Below, piece by piece: positions 1-13,700 of a stretch of DNA of 64,000 nucleotides. Origin of the DNA: Schmidtea polychroa (lineage: Eukaryota); contig CM097886.1 of assembly GCA_044892525.1 (NCBI GenBank), positions 126,046,001-126,110,000 of the forward strand. The letters are read 5' to 3'. Both the position numbers and the translations under genes were made by a program. How positions within the stretch are numbered: position 1 is the first letter of the stretch; every line of letters begins with the position of its first letter. The notes under the pieces are model-generated. The model was not told where the DNA came from and searched no databases. It saw nothing but the letters and a program-made list of their open reading frames with translations.

Positions 1-548
1 AAAGTGCCGTAATTAAAGTAGGCCGTTATAGCGAAAAGCCGTATAAAGAGCAGCCGTATAGCGAGGTATGAGTGTATTATAATTTATCAATTAGATTTAA
101 AATTATAATAATGTATTTATTGATTTGATTTGAAATTTGGAAAATCGTTATATATAAAAATGAAGGCACAAAATCAATATGAGAAAAATTTTGTTTTCAT
201 TTCGATATTATTGTATATTCTCAAGTTTTTTCTATAACAATTTCTGTGAAATCGAATGGTAGAATTTGTATGCAGATAATATACATGTAAATTATACGAG
301 GATGGCAAAGCCGATGGGCAAATAATCATCATTAAGCGTGAATCTCAGATAATTTGATATATGTTTGCTTGCAATATATCTAGCCGTTTTTATTTATTAA
401 ACTTTAAAGGCGATGTCGCGGGGAAATCGATACTTTTGAATGAGTATCATATTCTAGTAAACCATTTGTTGAAATAGATTTTACAATGTCAGTTTGAATC
501 GATGTTCCAGGAATTGAATCAATTTGTATATTTTTCCATTGCATTAAA

Positions 549-760
549 CCCTTAAATGCATGATTTTTTGTATTGCATTAAAGTGTATTATTATTAAAAT
601 TGTATTATTGACAAAAAACATAGATTTTATTTTTATTTTGAATCCATAGATACTGTTTATCTTATTGCCAGATTAAAAAATAGATCGCTGTCATTAATCA
701 TAAATAATTATATTTAAATATTTGGTACGATGGAAATTTTCATCACAATGCATATAAGGG
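549..760. mobile_element. piggyBac-type MITE
   Basis: CCCTTAAATGCAT ... ATGCATATAAGGG inverted termini with TTAA(A) on the left and TTAA on the right. Confidence 0.7.
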
Positions 761-1149
761 TTAATATAAAATATGTAAGAATCTCAAGAGAGTTACACGT
801 AAAATTATTAATATTACTAGATCCCAGCGAGAAGGGCAAATGCTCTATTTTGGTGCCTCTAATTTTACACTCAAGGCACACTGTAATGGTTTTACAAGCA
901 TGCTAAAGTTCCCATATTGTCACGAAATGCAAATTGCCAGAAAGACAAGAAGGTTAAAAAAGAAAAATCGAGAATCTAAATTTTGATTTTTTTCGATTAC
1001 CTTTCAACGCATAGTAACAAAGGTTCCTGGATTGAATTTTGAACGTATAAAATAATATATTTTGTCATAAAACTAAATATATATGAAGTGATTTTTAATT
1101 GACGAGTCCTTACCAGACAACACAAAAATTCAAATAAATTAATTGATTA

Positions 1150-1290
1150 TTATAAGAACTTTTTTCAATTTTCACCACTGATTTCTTTTCAATTGACATT
1201 GTATTTATTAAAAAGCATGACTATGAATCAGAAAATATATCGATTTTTTTTGATATTCGCAAATTTTCGGTGCTCCCTTTTTCGAGTGAT
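1150..1290. repeat. Left arm of palindromic element family FB-B
   Basis: TATAAGAACTTTTTTCAATTTTCACCACTGATT... is the reverse complement of the tails at ~16085-16130 and ~25750-25803. Confidence 0.6.
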
Positions 1291-1453
1291 TTTGAAATTA
1301 ATTGTTTATGCCACATCAATGCGATTTGGAAAACAAAATTAATCTTTAGGTAGGCAACAAATCAATAAATAAATAGTTCTAGACAGACAATTGATCAATA
1401 ATTAATAGTTAACAGATAAATAAAATATGATCAATAATTGATAGGTAAAGAAT

Positions 1454-2556
1454 CAGAGGCGTAGCTAGTGGGCGGGGGGAGTCAATTTGTCCCGGGCGCC
1501 AACATGAAGCAGCACCAGAAGAGAATTAATTGTATTCGTGTTGGACTTAAAATTTTAAAAAGTTCGCCTCAGAAGTCAGAAAGAAACAACTGTAGTTTCC
1601 TCCTTCCTTAATAACTCAACGCGTGATGGTTTGTGTGAATGAGCAGTTAACAGCGTGAAGATCAGATGTGAAAAATTGGGAATTGAAATTCAAAGACTAA
1701 CCAGAAGGAGACGCACGCCTCGAGAACTGGCACGATATGACGGACTTTCTGCAGAAGAGGATGTTGTGCGCGTAATTATGAGTGCTTTGGATAGATTTCA
1801 ACAGGAAATAACAACTAGATTCATTCGTCTCATTGAGAATTGAACTCAAAATTTGGATTTTTACTGGATGTTCACAATCTTGTAAAAAGTGAGATTTGAA
1901 TACGATTCAGAAAAATAACTTCGATTTAGCAAATTTTTAGACACTGGTGTAGATGTCAAAGAACCTTTCAACGAGATTCAGGACTGTAAAATGTTACTTA
2001 CTAAGAGAGGTTATGCCTTACTATCGACACCTTTAGATCTATTTCTTTCATTGTGTCATATGGTGATGATGTCTTTCCCAATTTGCGCATTGCTCTGCAA
2101 ATTCTTTTAAAAATTGCAGTATCAATAGCCAGTTGCGAGCATTCCTCAAGCAAGCTGAAGCTCATTCTCTCATATCTAAGGGCGTCGATGAGACAAGATC
2201 ATCTCTGTGATCTTGCACTTCTCAGTATAGGCTTTGATGCTATTATTGGCAAATTTGTAGACATGGGGGCGAGAAAACAATTTAGTATGATGAATTTTTG
2301 GAATGGGCCCATTGGGTTACGGTTGACATAGACTGACTGTTGGTAACAATTTTGTTGTCGTAGCAGTTAAAATTTATTTTTCTTCAAATTGTCTCTATAG
2401 TGTTTTTTTTGGTGATAGTGTTATTATGTCATATTGAGTATTGACTACTGTGCTCTTACTTTTCAATGGCACCGAATACTCCAATGTTTCAGTGACACGG
2501 CGGGCGTAAAATTTATACCTTGTTCCCGGGAGCCGAATACAGTCGCTACACCTCTG
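1454..2556 (+). mobile_element. Internally deleted hAT transposon (ZMYM1-like/Ac group)
   Basis: TIRs CAGAGGCGTAGC / GCTACACCTCTG and 8-bp TSD TAAAGAAT (1446-1453, 2557-2564). Encodes an hATC dimerisation remnant: FPNLRIALQILLKIAVSIASCEHSSSKLKLILSYLRASM. Confidence 0.92.
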
Positions 2557-4899
2557 TAAAGAATCAATAACTGACAAAAAGGGAATAAATAATCGATAGG
2601 CAAAAGATCAATAGGCATTATAGTATATAACTGAATTTACTTTGTTCATAGAATTATGGAAATGAAATAAAATCGTGGATTTTCCATTTCTGGTCAAGCA
2701 GTCGAGAAAAATTAAGAGAAAGCTCAAGACATTAACTTGAAAACGTATTAAAGCAAAGGTAATCTCAGTTAGGAGGAAGAATCAAAATCCAACTGATATA
2801 GAATCTTGTATTTTTGCAATTAATTGGATAAGAGTTAACGCTGTTCTCATAGAGGTAGTGGAAGAGGCATTTATCACCTTTTATAAACTAAGATTTCGTA
2901 GAACCTCGCCAGACAAAATTCATTCACAACCTCCCTCCCAATTGCCTTGAGGTTTCCCGTGCCTTATCGCAAAGGGTTCGAATATGCGCACTCACGCGGT
3001 TCTATCATTGACCTATACATATCGGAAGTTGATCGACTCGATTGATTCATTTGTAACGCTTAACAGTTCCCTCTAGCTTCATTTATGCACTTACAGAATT
3101 ACAATTCGTTCAAAAAAATTAAATTGGTGGGAAATATGATCGAACCCCGGGCCATTAGAGATGAAATAAATTTATTTTGAGCTTAAATTGAATTAATTTT
3201 ATTCAATTTACCGTAATGCATTCCAAATTTTGCTCAATTCCAACTGATTTGTAATTCTATTCGATGCACATATTCATTTGACTAATTTGATTGGATAAAA
3301 TTCATTGACAGAAATATACAACAAAGCAATTCAAAACATGTCCAAATCAACTTTTCACAGAATAAATTTATTAATTATAATTATTAAATCTTATTGATAA
3401 ACACATTTTCATTTTAAACACATATTATTACCTAATTCTAGCAATTAAAAATTCCTGATGCATGCATTTCAATTTACGACAATTAGCAAATTAAATTCAA
3501 TTTAAATTAAGATAAAACTGCTTCATAATAAACATTAATTAAATCCAACCTTTAAATCAATTTGATTCTGAAGAGAATTTTTAATTTTATTAAATTCCTC
3601 TTCTGAGCATTTATTATTTTTCAAATTGTAAACTAAGCATTCATTTAGTTCATTAACTGATTTAGACAAAGTTCTAAATGATTTTGAAATAACAGGAAAC
3701 TATTATACAACTTACTGAATTTTTTCAGTTGTTTCCCTCAAATTTCTTTTAATAACCGACTTTTCTTCATTGACGTGATTTTTATATGCATTGTCTACTT
3801 TGGATAAAATATCCGATTCGAATTTACTTTGATCGACAGCTTTAACATTTTTAAGAAAAAAATTATCATTGAATTCCGACATTTACAAATTTCTATAATT
3901 TAAATTTTAAACGGTGCCATTCTTTTGTTTATATATTTAAACAAAACGAAAAACAATCAATTTAAATTGTTTTGTCAAATCTAAAATATCCAACTGGATG
4001 CAATTTCAAACTAAGTGTTCGCTAGGCAAAAATTATTAACTGTTAATACACAAATATTTTAGTTGTCATAGCGATGAGTCACCCTACAGATAACTAAATC
4101 GATAAACATGTTGAATTTACACATTCCATAGTTCAATCAATGTCATAAACATTTGAATTATACAACTACAGTAATGCTAACATTAAGTTTAACCATAAAA
4201 TTTTACCTGAAAAAAAACACCAAAAACTACTTTTTAATAGTTTATTTATATCAAACCAGCAATGAAAACAAAACCGAAATTTTCAAAGTGGATTATCTAA
4301 AATATAAATTTGTCAAATTTAAATAAATAGAAAATTTTGATGACTTAAAGCTATCTCATCTCATCAAAATTGGCTGTGATATTGATTACAATAACTGACA
4401 ACCAATAATGATGAAAGCAATAACCATTAAAATATTCAACTAACTTGACAAAACTTATCAAATTGCCTACATTATTTATACTTAAGTTACTGTAGATCTA
4501 AATTATAATAAATTAGCCCATTTAAACAATTACTTTGTTAATTAGAATTTATATATTATGATTAAAAAATTATTATTTAAATAATTCAAATTTTTTTAAT
4601 TAAAACCTCAAATTATATTTTATACCTTATAAATAGTAATTACTAAAATTATGAATAAATATTTACTTTAAAATTTAATTACAAAATATAATATTATTTT
4701 TTCAAATTACTTTTGATATATTTGTATAAAAATTTGAAATTTTTAAATTACTATAATAAATTGAAATTCTCAGCAAGACTATAAAAATTTCAATGAAAAA
4801 ATTAATTAAAAATTAGTTCTAAGGCCTCATGTAATATTTTTGCTTAATTGCCCAATTAGCCCATATATAATTATCATTAACTTGGATAATTCTGAGAAT

Positions 4900-5140
4900 G
4901 ATGACTTTATGGTTTCCTTTGATGTGGTTAATATTTTTTGCAAATGTTCATTTAATTGAAACAAATGAGTTGTGCTGTAATTTATGGAATACTAACACCT
5001 CATTTCATAATATTACTGATGTGGTTGCTTTTTCTAAACTTTTGACATATGCCACTTCGAACGTTCACTTTAATTTCAATAACCAATGGTATAAGCAGAT
5101 TAGCTGTGTTGATATGGGTTTTCTTTTACTTGGCGTTGAT
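4900..5140 (+). pseudogene. Penelope-like reverse transcriptase fragment
   Basis: DDFMVSFDVVNIF (frameshift) ... LLTYATSNVHFNFNNQWYKQISCVDMG matches Penelope RT motifs MVSFDVxSLF and FxFNxxxYxQxxGxxMG. Confidence 0.8.
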
Positions 5141-5519
5141 TCATTTAATTCCACGATAGTGTTCCTTTGATCTATGTTCAAATATCGTATATAGTTTTTA
5201 CTTTTAATGGGTTAATGACGACACATACATTTAAGAGACTCCTTATCCTCTCTGAATTCAAGTGCTTAACAAATTGATTGGAAATAGTAATATTATTGAG
5301 CATAATAAGACATTCAATTTACAGATAGACATTTCCAATTTCAAAATATTATCTAAAGGTTCCAAAAACTATTGCAAACGTCTTAGTAACTCAACCAGAA
5401 ATCAACATAGAAAATAGAATAACCATGTGTATTTTGAGAATGTATAATTAATTATATTATGATTAGTAAATATTATCGAATTTAGCGCATATAATTATGT
5501 AATTATTAATAAACATATA

Positions 5520-5733
5520 CCGTATATACTCGCGTATAAGTCGAGTAAATTTTAAGGTTTTTAAGTCCTAAATTGGAAACCCACGTATAAGTCGAAGTAA
5601 CAAAAATAAAAAAGGTTTAATGATTTCATTTAAAATTAATTTGTACGTTTTTTGAACCGCGTATAAGTCGAAGTGGCTATTTTGACTTGAAAATTTGACG
5701 TAAATTTCTTGACTTATACGCGAGTATATACGG
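5520..5733. mobile_element. Tc1/mariner (Tc2/pogo-type) MITE
   Basis: Perfect 23-bp TIR CCGTATATACTCGCGTATAAGTC with TA on both sides. Internal CGTATAAGTCGA repeats. Confidence 0.9.
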
Positions 5734-5951
5734 TAAGTATAATCGTTTTAATTGAAATTGTTTAGCGTCTGATGACAATAGTCAAGCTGTCGAAATATGT
5801 TGCAAAATTATGTTTTAAAAAAATGATTTTTTTTATTTATGAATAAATTAGCATTTTTAATTAATAGTTTATTTAAATAAATAACAGTAACAATAATATT
5901 AAAAATCAATAAATAAGTAATCGCACAATAGAAATAATAATTCTATATTCT

Positions 5952-6840
5952 TTATTCATTTGGGGGTTTCATTCTAATGAGACTGCTGTATTCAGTAACT
6001 GATGCATTTGAAGATTCCGATTCAGCTAAGGTCACTCCAGCCCCACAAGCTGTTAACAATGCCTCTTCACTATTAGCTTTATCTGCCGAATAAGCACTCT
6101 CTATTATTACAACTTTGTGTCGGCTATCTAGAGATGGGATCAATGAATCCCGAGGAGAAATGTTGGTTTCTTCCGTCTCTTCTGATCGAGATCGGTACAT
6201 ATTATGTGATCGTTTGAGTAAGCTCGACTCAGAAAAACTACTCTCTGTCTCATCAACAGGAAACGATTGTACTCCTTTCATTTCTATCAATTCCTCAGGT
6301 CGAGATCGAGTTAAGCTTTCCCTCAAATAAGGAGCCGCTGTGAAAATAAAATTATAAGATGAATCCGACAATCAAAACATACCTGATCCGTATAACTGAG
6401 CTGCCTGAGCAGCTGCTACAGCTGATCCGACTGGGGTGCTCATTCCACTAATGGTTGATTGTTTATGATGTGGTCGATCAGGAGCTAGTGATGATGATTT
6501 TCCAGCTACCATAGAACCCGGCCTCTGTTTCCAATGAAGTTTCACACTTTTCTTATTCCTTTAAAGACAAATATACAATCATTTATAACGTCAACAAACC
6601 TCGTTTCCCCTCTTGTTAGTCTACCACTGTATTTTTTAACCGGTGCATCTTCCTCCAAGGTTGTCTGACTCGGCAAACTATCAACCGACGACACTGTCAG
6701 TATCGCGTCTGATCTGTGAGGATTTTGAACTTGCTGGTATCGACAAATAATATTTCCACCTTCTTTGGCATTAATCCTCCGGCTTGAGTTCCTGCTGATT
6801 GCATTACGCACCAGATATGTTGTCCGACTGTTATCCTTAG
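5952..6840 (-). CDS. unc80: unc80 terminal exons 6600-6840, 6383-6558, 5952-6337 (Ser-rich tail)
   Basis: Phases are consistent with the donor at 10233. Introns of 41 and 45 nt; stop at 5952. There is little recognisable homology, so the assignment rests on splice phase and strand. Confidence 0.7.
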
Positions 6841-9800
6841 CTATATCATTGGATACAGGGCAATTATATAGGATACTTATGATAATGTCGAATAACAAAA
6901 TAAAAGTATGAAACATAGAAGAAAATTAAAGAATTCGAAGGAATCAACTCAATGCTAAAATATTAGTAATATAAAATTATTGGAGTTATGTACTTTTAAT
7001 AATTAAAAATACTTTTTAAATAAGATTTTAAATATTGAAATATTTAAAAACTAAATTTTGAAATTATTCTAGTGTATTTTAAATTAGAGCAAATTAGAAA
7101 AAGGGCAGATTTTTAAACTTAAATAAATATTGTGGATTTATGATATCTTCTTTAGATTTAATTGGCGACCATGCCGAATCAATTGAAATAATAATGAGGA
7201 GCAAAACACATATTCGAGTCACTTCCCAAAAAAACGACATTTGAGTTGTTAGACTTTAATATTAGGCAATTTGAAGAGAAAAGCCATTTAGAGGATGAAA
7301 ATGGTTAAATGATATGGAGAAATGGATGAAACTGAAGATCACCAGCTATTATTAGTGTACAATATATTAATCGTTAATGAAGTAGAGATCCTGTGGAAAA
7401 AAATCGAATCTATGCAGAGGAAAGAACTTTCTGATAGTGAAGCAAGAATTTGGTTTTAAGAAACATTAACGGTGAAAAGATTCATACTAAGCAAGATGGA
7501 TGAAAGGTACAAATAAAAGATTCGAAACATTTGAGAATAGGGCACGTAAACTGAATATTAAAGCTTAATATTCGGGCATATCGAAAGATGATATAGTGCA
7601 AGATTTTATTTCCAAACGAATGCATAATGACCATATTAAAGAATTATTGACTACAAAACCAGGTCTGAAAATAAAAGAAGAGAAAACATTTACTAAAGCT
7701 TTCAAAAATATGAATAGAGAAGCAAATGAAGTAGAAAGTATTAATGAAAGAACATATGCAAGTATAGTGCAAACAAACTATAGAATAAAAAATAAGGACC
7801 CTTTTTCAAAATGGAAGATATAATAAGAAATTTTCAGTATTTATAAAAGACCAAAGAAGAGAATTGTCGATGTAACTAAATCTCGATTCGACTCCTCATG
7901 TTCAGCAATCAAAGGAATAAAACTCAAATTCCAACAAAATCTTTATTTCCAAATTGTTCAAATTAGCTATATTGTTACACAAAATGGGTAGATACCCGTT
8001 GGCTATCACCCTAAAAATAAAAACCCAATCTTGTTTATTTCTTTTCTCTGAATTACTCGACTCGTTCATTGTTTTTATTCAATCTATTTCAATTAACAAT
8101 CTTTCTCTTCTATCAACTGGCGCTTCACATTTGTTGCTCTTTGCTTATATAACATTTTGTTTTCCATTAATCTTTTCCTAATATTAAATTGGATGAACAA
8201 TTTATTGCTGACAACCTATTAATCTGACAATCAGGCAGCCCATGATTAATAACTTGCGTTAAAACTAAATTAATCAATTATTTTGTTTTTGGGCTCCTGA
8301 CCCTTCTATAGACCTCTGATCGATTTAAGATTATTTTATTCGTCTCAAAATCTCATTTCTTCCAGAAAAATATTGATTTTTACTTTTTCCAAAATTTTAA
8401 TTAATTTGAATTTATTATGATAATTCGTAACTTTTTTTAATATTTCGTTTTCATATCTTTAGTATAACTTCAACTTCATGAAGAAGCAGAAACCCATCAA
8501 ATGTCTTTAGTTTTTGAAATTCTTTTTAGCCATTCAACATTTCTTGTTTTTAATTTTCCTATTGGCATTTTTATCACGTAGCTTCGATCATGTCTTTTCT
8601 CAATTATTTCTCCAGGACCAGTGCTCGAAGTGGAACAAAATATGTGCCGGGATAGGCATGCTGTGGCACCCGGGATTCCAGGCTTTTATGCAGAAATTTT
8701 CAGTTGGCGGTGTTGCAAAACTTTGGGGGGTGTCCAACAAATTTTTTGGGGGGGGGTGTCCACCCATTTAATCATAAGTTGCTGGTTTAACTAAAATAAA
8801 TAAGAGAATATACCTACCTATCCATTACTGCTGCTTGGGAAATTCTTAATTGAATAGAGAATAGAGAATAAAGAATATATATATATATATATATATACAT
8901 ACATATATGGATGTACTATGTGTGACCTTAATTGCAGTATTTGTGTGCCTATAAAATGAAATAAGTACCGGGATAAACCTATAGATTATATGAAATGAAG
9001 TGCCGGGATGCAATTTCGCCTACATAATCAATGCCGGGATAATATCCCGGCTATCCCGCCTCACTTCGAGCACTGTCCAGGACCAATATATTTATTATCA
9101 TCCTTTGTTGTTACATACTCTTTAATCCACACAACCTTGAACCTTCTATTCTGCTCATTAGAATTTCTTGAAATCCATTGTCGATTTTCTCTAAACTGTT
9201 CATTTGTTTGTTGTCGATTTGGAGATCGTTGTGATTTATATTCCGGTTGTCTAGCATAAAGTTTTGTTTATTTCTTCCATTTATCTGATGTTGAATTGAC
9301 TTCCGTTGATTCCATATTTGACCTACATTTAACATTGCAGTTTTTGCATAATTTTTTGCACATGCTGAATAGCGCAACATTTCATTTGGCAAATTTGATG
9401 TTTTTATAAAAGCATTTTGGATTCTCATTTTGTAGTGCAATTCAGCATCTGTTTGGTCAAACTTCCGAGTTGCTTCCATTGATAAAACGCCTTGATAAAT
9501 AGTGCTCTGTGATCTTCTGATATTTGGGTAGCTCAAAAAATTTGTCTGTTTCTTCAATAAATTTTTCCATGTCATCATCAACTTCAAATGTTTCAGGTAG
9601 TCGAATAAATTGCAGCATCGGCGTGGTCGCCATTTTAGAAAAAGATTTTACTTTATTCATACGTCGTTTCAAAACCATATTAAAACAAACAAAAACAATT
9701 TTCCAATATAATATATGTGGAGAATTTAACTAAATATAAATAATATTCCAAGCATTGTTATACAATTTTATATTATATTAATAATATTATATTAATTTTA

Positions 9801-10629
9801 TATTATACAATTATACAATTTCAACATCCCACAAACTTAAGAATATATAATAATATTTTTAAATACATCTTACAATGTATAAATAAGTANNNNNNNNNNN
9901 NNNNNNNNNNNNNNNNNNNNNNNNNNNNNNNNNNNNNNNNNNNNNNNNNNNNNNNNNNNNNNNNNNNNNNNNNNNNNNNNNNNNNNNNNNNNNNNNNNNN
10001 NNNNNNNNNNNNNNNNNNNNNNNNNNNNNNNNNNNNNNNNNNNNNNNNNNNNNAATTTTTAATTAAATTATTATTAATTATTAAATTATTAATAATATTA
10101 ATTAATTTTATTAATAACTTTAATTAATTAACTTAATTAGATTCTTACAATAATAATTAAAGAATTAAGAAAATACAGGTTGCACTTGTTTGATTAAAGA
10201 ATAATATAAAGAAAAGTAAGACTTACAATTACCAAATCCTACTGACCCTTGGACCGATTGATTGCAAATAGAACTGTTTGTCAACGAGTCATTCGTCAAT
10301 GATGGAATGATATTCCGAATTGACGACTTGTTCACATGGGCATCAATTGTCACAGCCACAGGTTGGTTTTGGTTTTGTGAAAAATAGCCACTCTATTGAT
10401 AATATTCTCAATTTCATTCTTTATACAAAAATCATTGCGAACCCATTCGTCTTTGATTTGTCGCAAATCGAATACTAAGTCTTTCAAAATTGTTGCTTCA
10501 CATCTCGGGGATGGCAAATGAAGGCCGACAAATTTCTGATTGATAACTTGCTGGAATGCTTGCTCTCCCTGAGTTTCACATTTAATTTGGGAAGCCTAAC
10601 AGTATAAAACAAAAATAAGAATAACAAAA

Positions 10630-10707
<78 letters not shown>

Positions 10708-13700
10708 CATGCAAAAAAAGATATTCACTCAAACTTATTTCTAAAGTGAACATTATAAATCACGAGAATCCTAAATGAGAGACATTGCTGAGTATGCAAT
10801 ATAAGATGAATATATGTATCTTATAAACTAACATTTGAGGGAAAAGAATTAAGTCCCTACTGCCTAATATGACAATATAATTAAAACTAACTGATCTATG
10901 AGAGAACTGTCATTATTCAAAAAATTGTTAAGGATTCGTTTTAAACGCTAAGGCCAAAGATAGTCTTCGTGACCCGATGATTTTGACCAGTGTCATGCAA
11001 CCACTGTAAACTGGAGAGTATATGAATTTAAAAACAATAACAAGCAAAAAATAGCATGATAGTGTCAATAGAAAAATTAAGCACCCACTCTTCCACATCG
11101 AACACATGCAACGTTAAATAATGTTATAAAAATCTCCAAATGAATTTAGTAATAAATAAATACTAAAATTTGATATTTTCCACAATGATTTAAAAATTGT
11201 TTTGAACGCTTATATACTATAAAAATTTAGAAACTGAGTTGTTTATTAGAAAGGATTTTGATTGAATTATTTTCCTGATATAATAAATACACAATATCTC
11301 CCAAGAACTTGACTATTCAGTCATACCAATGGTTGTACTGTTTGTATTAAATGTATAAAACATCAAATATTTTACAACGTAAGCGCACCAATGAGAATTA
11401 AATAAACTTGCAACCAGTCTGCCATTAAAAATCGCATCGAATATCACATCAAAAACCTCATTTTAAATAGTAAATCATCAAAAAACTAAAAATCATTTGA
11501 TTTTAATTTCAGTGATTAGTTTTTAAGTTCAAATTATTTTGCTGTTGAAAATTTCTAGAAATTTCTAAGAATTTTAGTTTATTTTCCAACAGGAGAGGAA
11601 CCTATGTTGCTGGGTGGAAACAATTGATGAGGTGTTCTTCAGTCCAAATTACCATAGGTAGACGCGACAAAAAATTACTAATAAAATAACATTTCCAATT
11701 TGAGAGATTTGAAATAGTTAGCTTGTCTTTGTATTAGTGAGCCCGCATCCATTTTCCTATTTTAAGGATTTAAATCATAATTCTATTATTTAAAAAAAAT
11801 CAATTAAAAATGGAATCTTGGACTATTTTGAAATGTTTGAAAATTCCTTCTAAGCAATTGTATTTAGAAGCCTTATAGGACCGATTTTATCCTCTTGCTA
11901 TTAATATCAGAAAGGCAAAGTCGAGTAATGAATAAATAAAAATCCAAAAATAATATGTGAAGATATTTCAATAAAACCTTTTATCCTTTTCAGCATTGAT
12001 TTATTTTCATTTTCAATTAATGGGTNNNNNNNNNNNNNNNNNNNNNNNNNNNNNNNNNNNNNNNNNNNNNNNNNNNNNNNNNNNNNNNNNNNNNNNNNNN
12101 NNNNNNNNNNNNNNNNNNNNNNNNNNNNNNNNNNNNNNNNNNNNNNNNNNNNNNNNNNNNNNNNNNNNNNNNNNNNNNNNNNNNNNNNNNNNNNNNNNNN
12201 NNNNNNNNNNNNNNNNNNNNNNNNNNNNNNNNGATAAAAACCATTATAACATTTGCCTAGGATTCGCGAAAATCCGGACAAGGGCCCATTCAATATATAA
12301 GCTCGGTATCATGCTCAGGCGATTTTTTCATGTCCAGCAAACGGCATGCCCAAAACTATTAAAATTTACCGGTTTCTTTTTCTTAGTATTTTGAAAATTA
12401 TTCAAACGAGTAAAGAAGCTTCCTTTGTCACTGACCTTAAATCTAAGAAAAGGAATAAGAGAAAGAAAAATCGGGGTTCGCTTGGTCACAATGAAATCGA
12501 GAAATTTCCATAAATGAATTCCTCCTTGCTTCTTGAACCCCAAATCAGAAATAACCGAACTGATCGATCGCGACTGTATTAGAGTGTGTCTTGGATAGCA
12601 TATCATGGCGACTTTCAAAGCGAGAAAGGATAATCTGCAATTGGATATATTATTAATTCCTTCTGCAATTTCCAATACCTGTAAAGGTAATCGTTTCCGT
12701 ATTTTAAAGATTTTTCTGAATGAGATACGGAACTAGAACGAATCTGATTCGAGTCCCCGACATTCAGATGTTGATAAGGTTTATTGGTGTGCCCACTTAA
12801 TCCAACTAAACTCGCCAGACCACCCATATATTCTCCTGTGTTTGCAGCGGTTGTTGATGTGAGGAACCGAGTAGATGCCTGCGTGCCAGTCCCCAAATAT
12901 CCTTTGTTCAAAGCGGCTGGGCCGACTTGGTTGGGTATTAATGTGTGAGGAAGCCTGCTCGCCTGATAATTCGAATGAATAATTGGATTAAGAGAGGATA
13001 ATATTATATCGAAGATGAAATAAATGTTCTCGTCTGACATTTGGATAGAATCTAAAGTACATGAAAATGAGTTATAATTATATTAATAATAATAATTATT
13101 ATAATAAAGAAAACCTTTTCGCCCGGCTCCGCAACACAAAAGCAAAGGAATGATAATGTTTTCAATGTAATTAATGAGAATAGTTTCAGTAGTTCCAAAT
13201 CGCTGATCGAATCTTTCACAGAAGTCTTTCAGCTTGTAAGTACTCTTTAAAACCAAAATTTAAGTAATCAGAAAGAAAGATAATTTAAACCTCTAAAGAT
13301 TGCAACATTAAGGCGAAGAATTTGATAACCATTGCTGAAAATTTAGAAGGAATTCCATTGTAACTGTGCGTTGCTTGCGAGTAGGTGTTATCTCCTCCGA
13401 TTGCCGTTACATGATTCGGACTTGTTTGATCATGTCTCCCACTAAATTGGATACTACTGAGACTTTCATTCATTGCATAAGGGCTCGAATCGAGTAAAAT
13501 GAGTTTTCTGAGGTAGTCCATGAGTTGCTAATGGGAAACGGTTGATTACTTGCATCAAATATATGTCAAGCAAAGTTTTTCACTGAATCAACTTGATTGG
13601 AAATGATTCTAATTAATCGATCATGGGAATTCCAAGTAAAGATTGATAATTATGATTTCCTTCGGTTATTCAAAGATAGGAAGTAGGTAGATGCAACCCA

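Noticed and set aside
1-75. Right end of a Tc1/pogo-type MITE (…TAGCGAGGTATGAGTG-TA)
   Set aside because: The partner TIR lies outside the window, so it cannot be verified.
3125-3165. tRNA/SINE-like B-box GGTTCGATC on the minus strand
   Set aside because: No A-box or cloverleaf is visible.
3500-3950. Degenerate coiled-coil-like reading on the minus strand
   Set aside because: Many stops and no recognisable family.
12240-12360. Candidate unc80 exon after TTTAATAG
   Set aside because: Stops occur in all frames, and 12436 splices in frame to 10595 with continuous homology.
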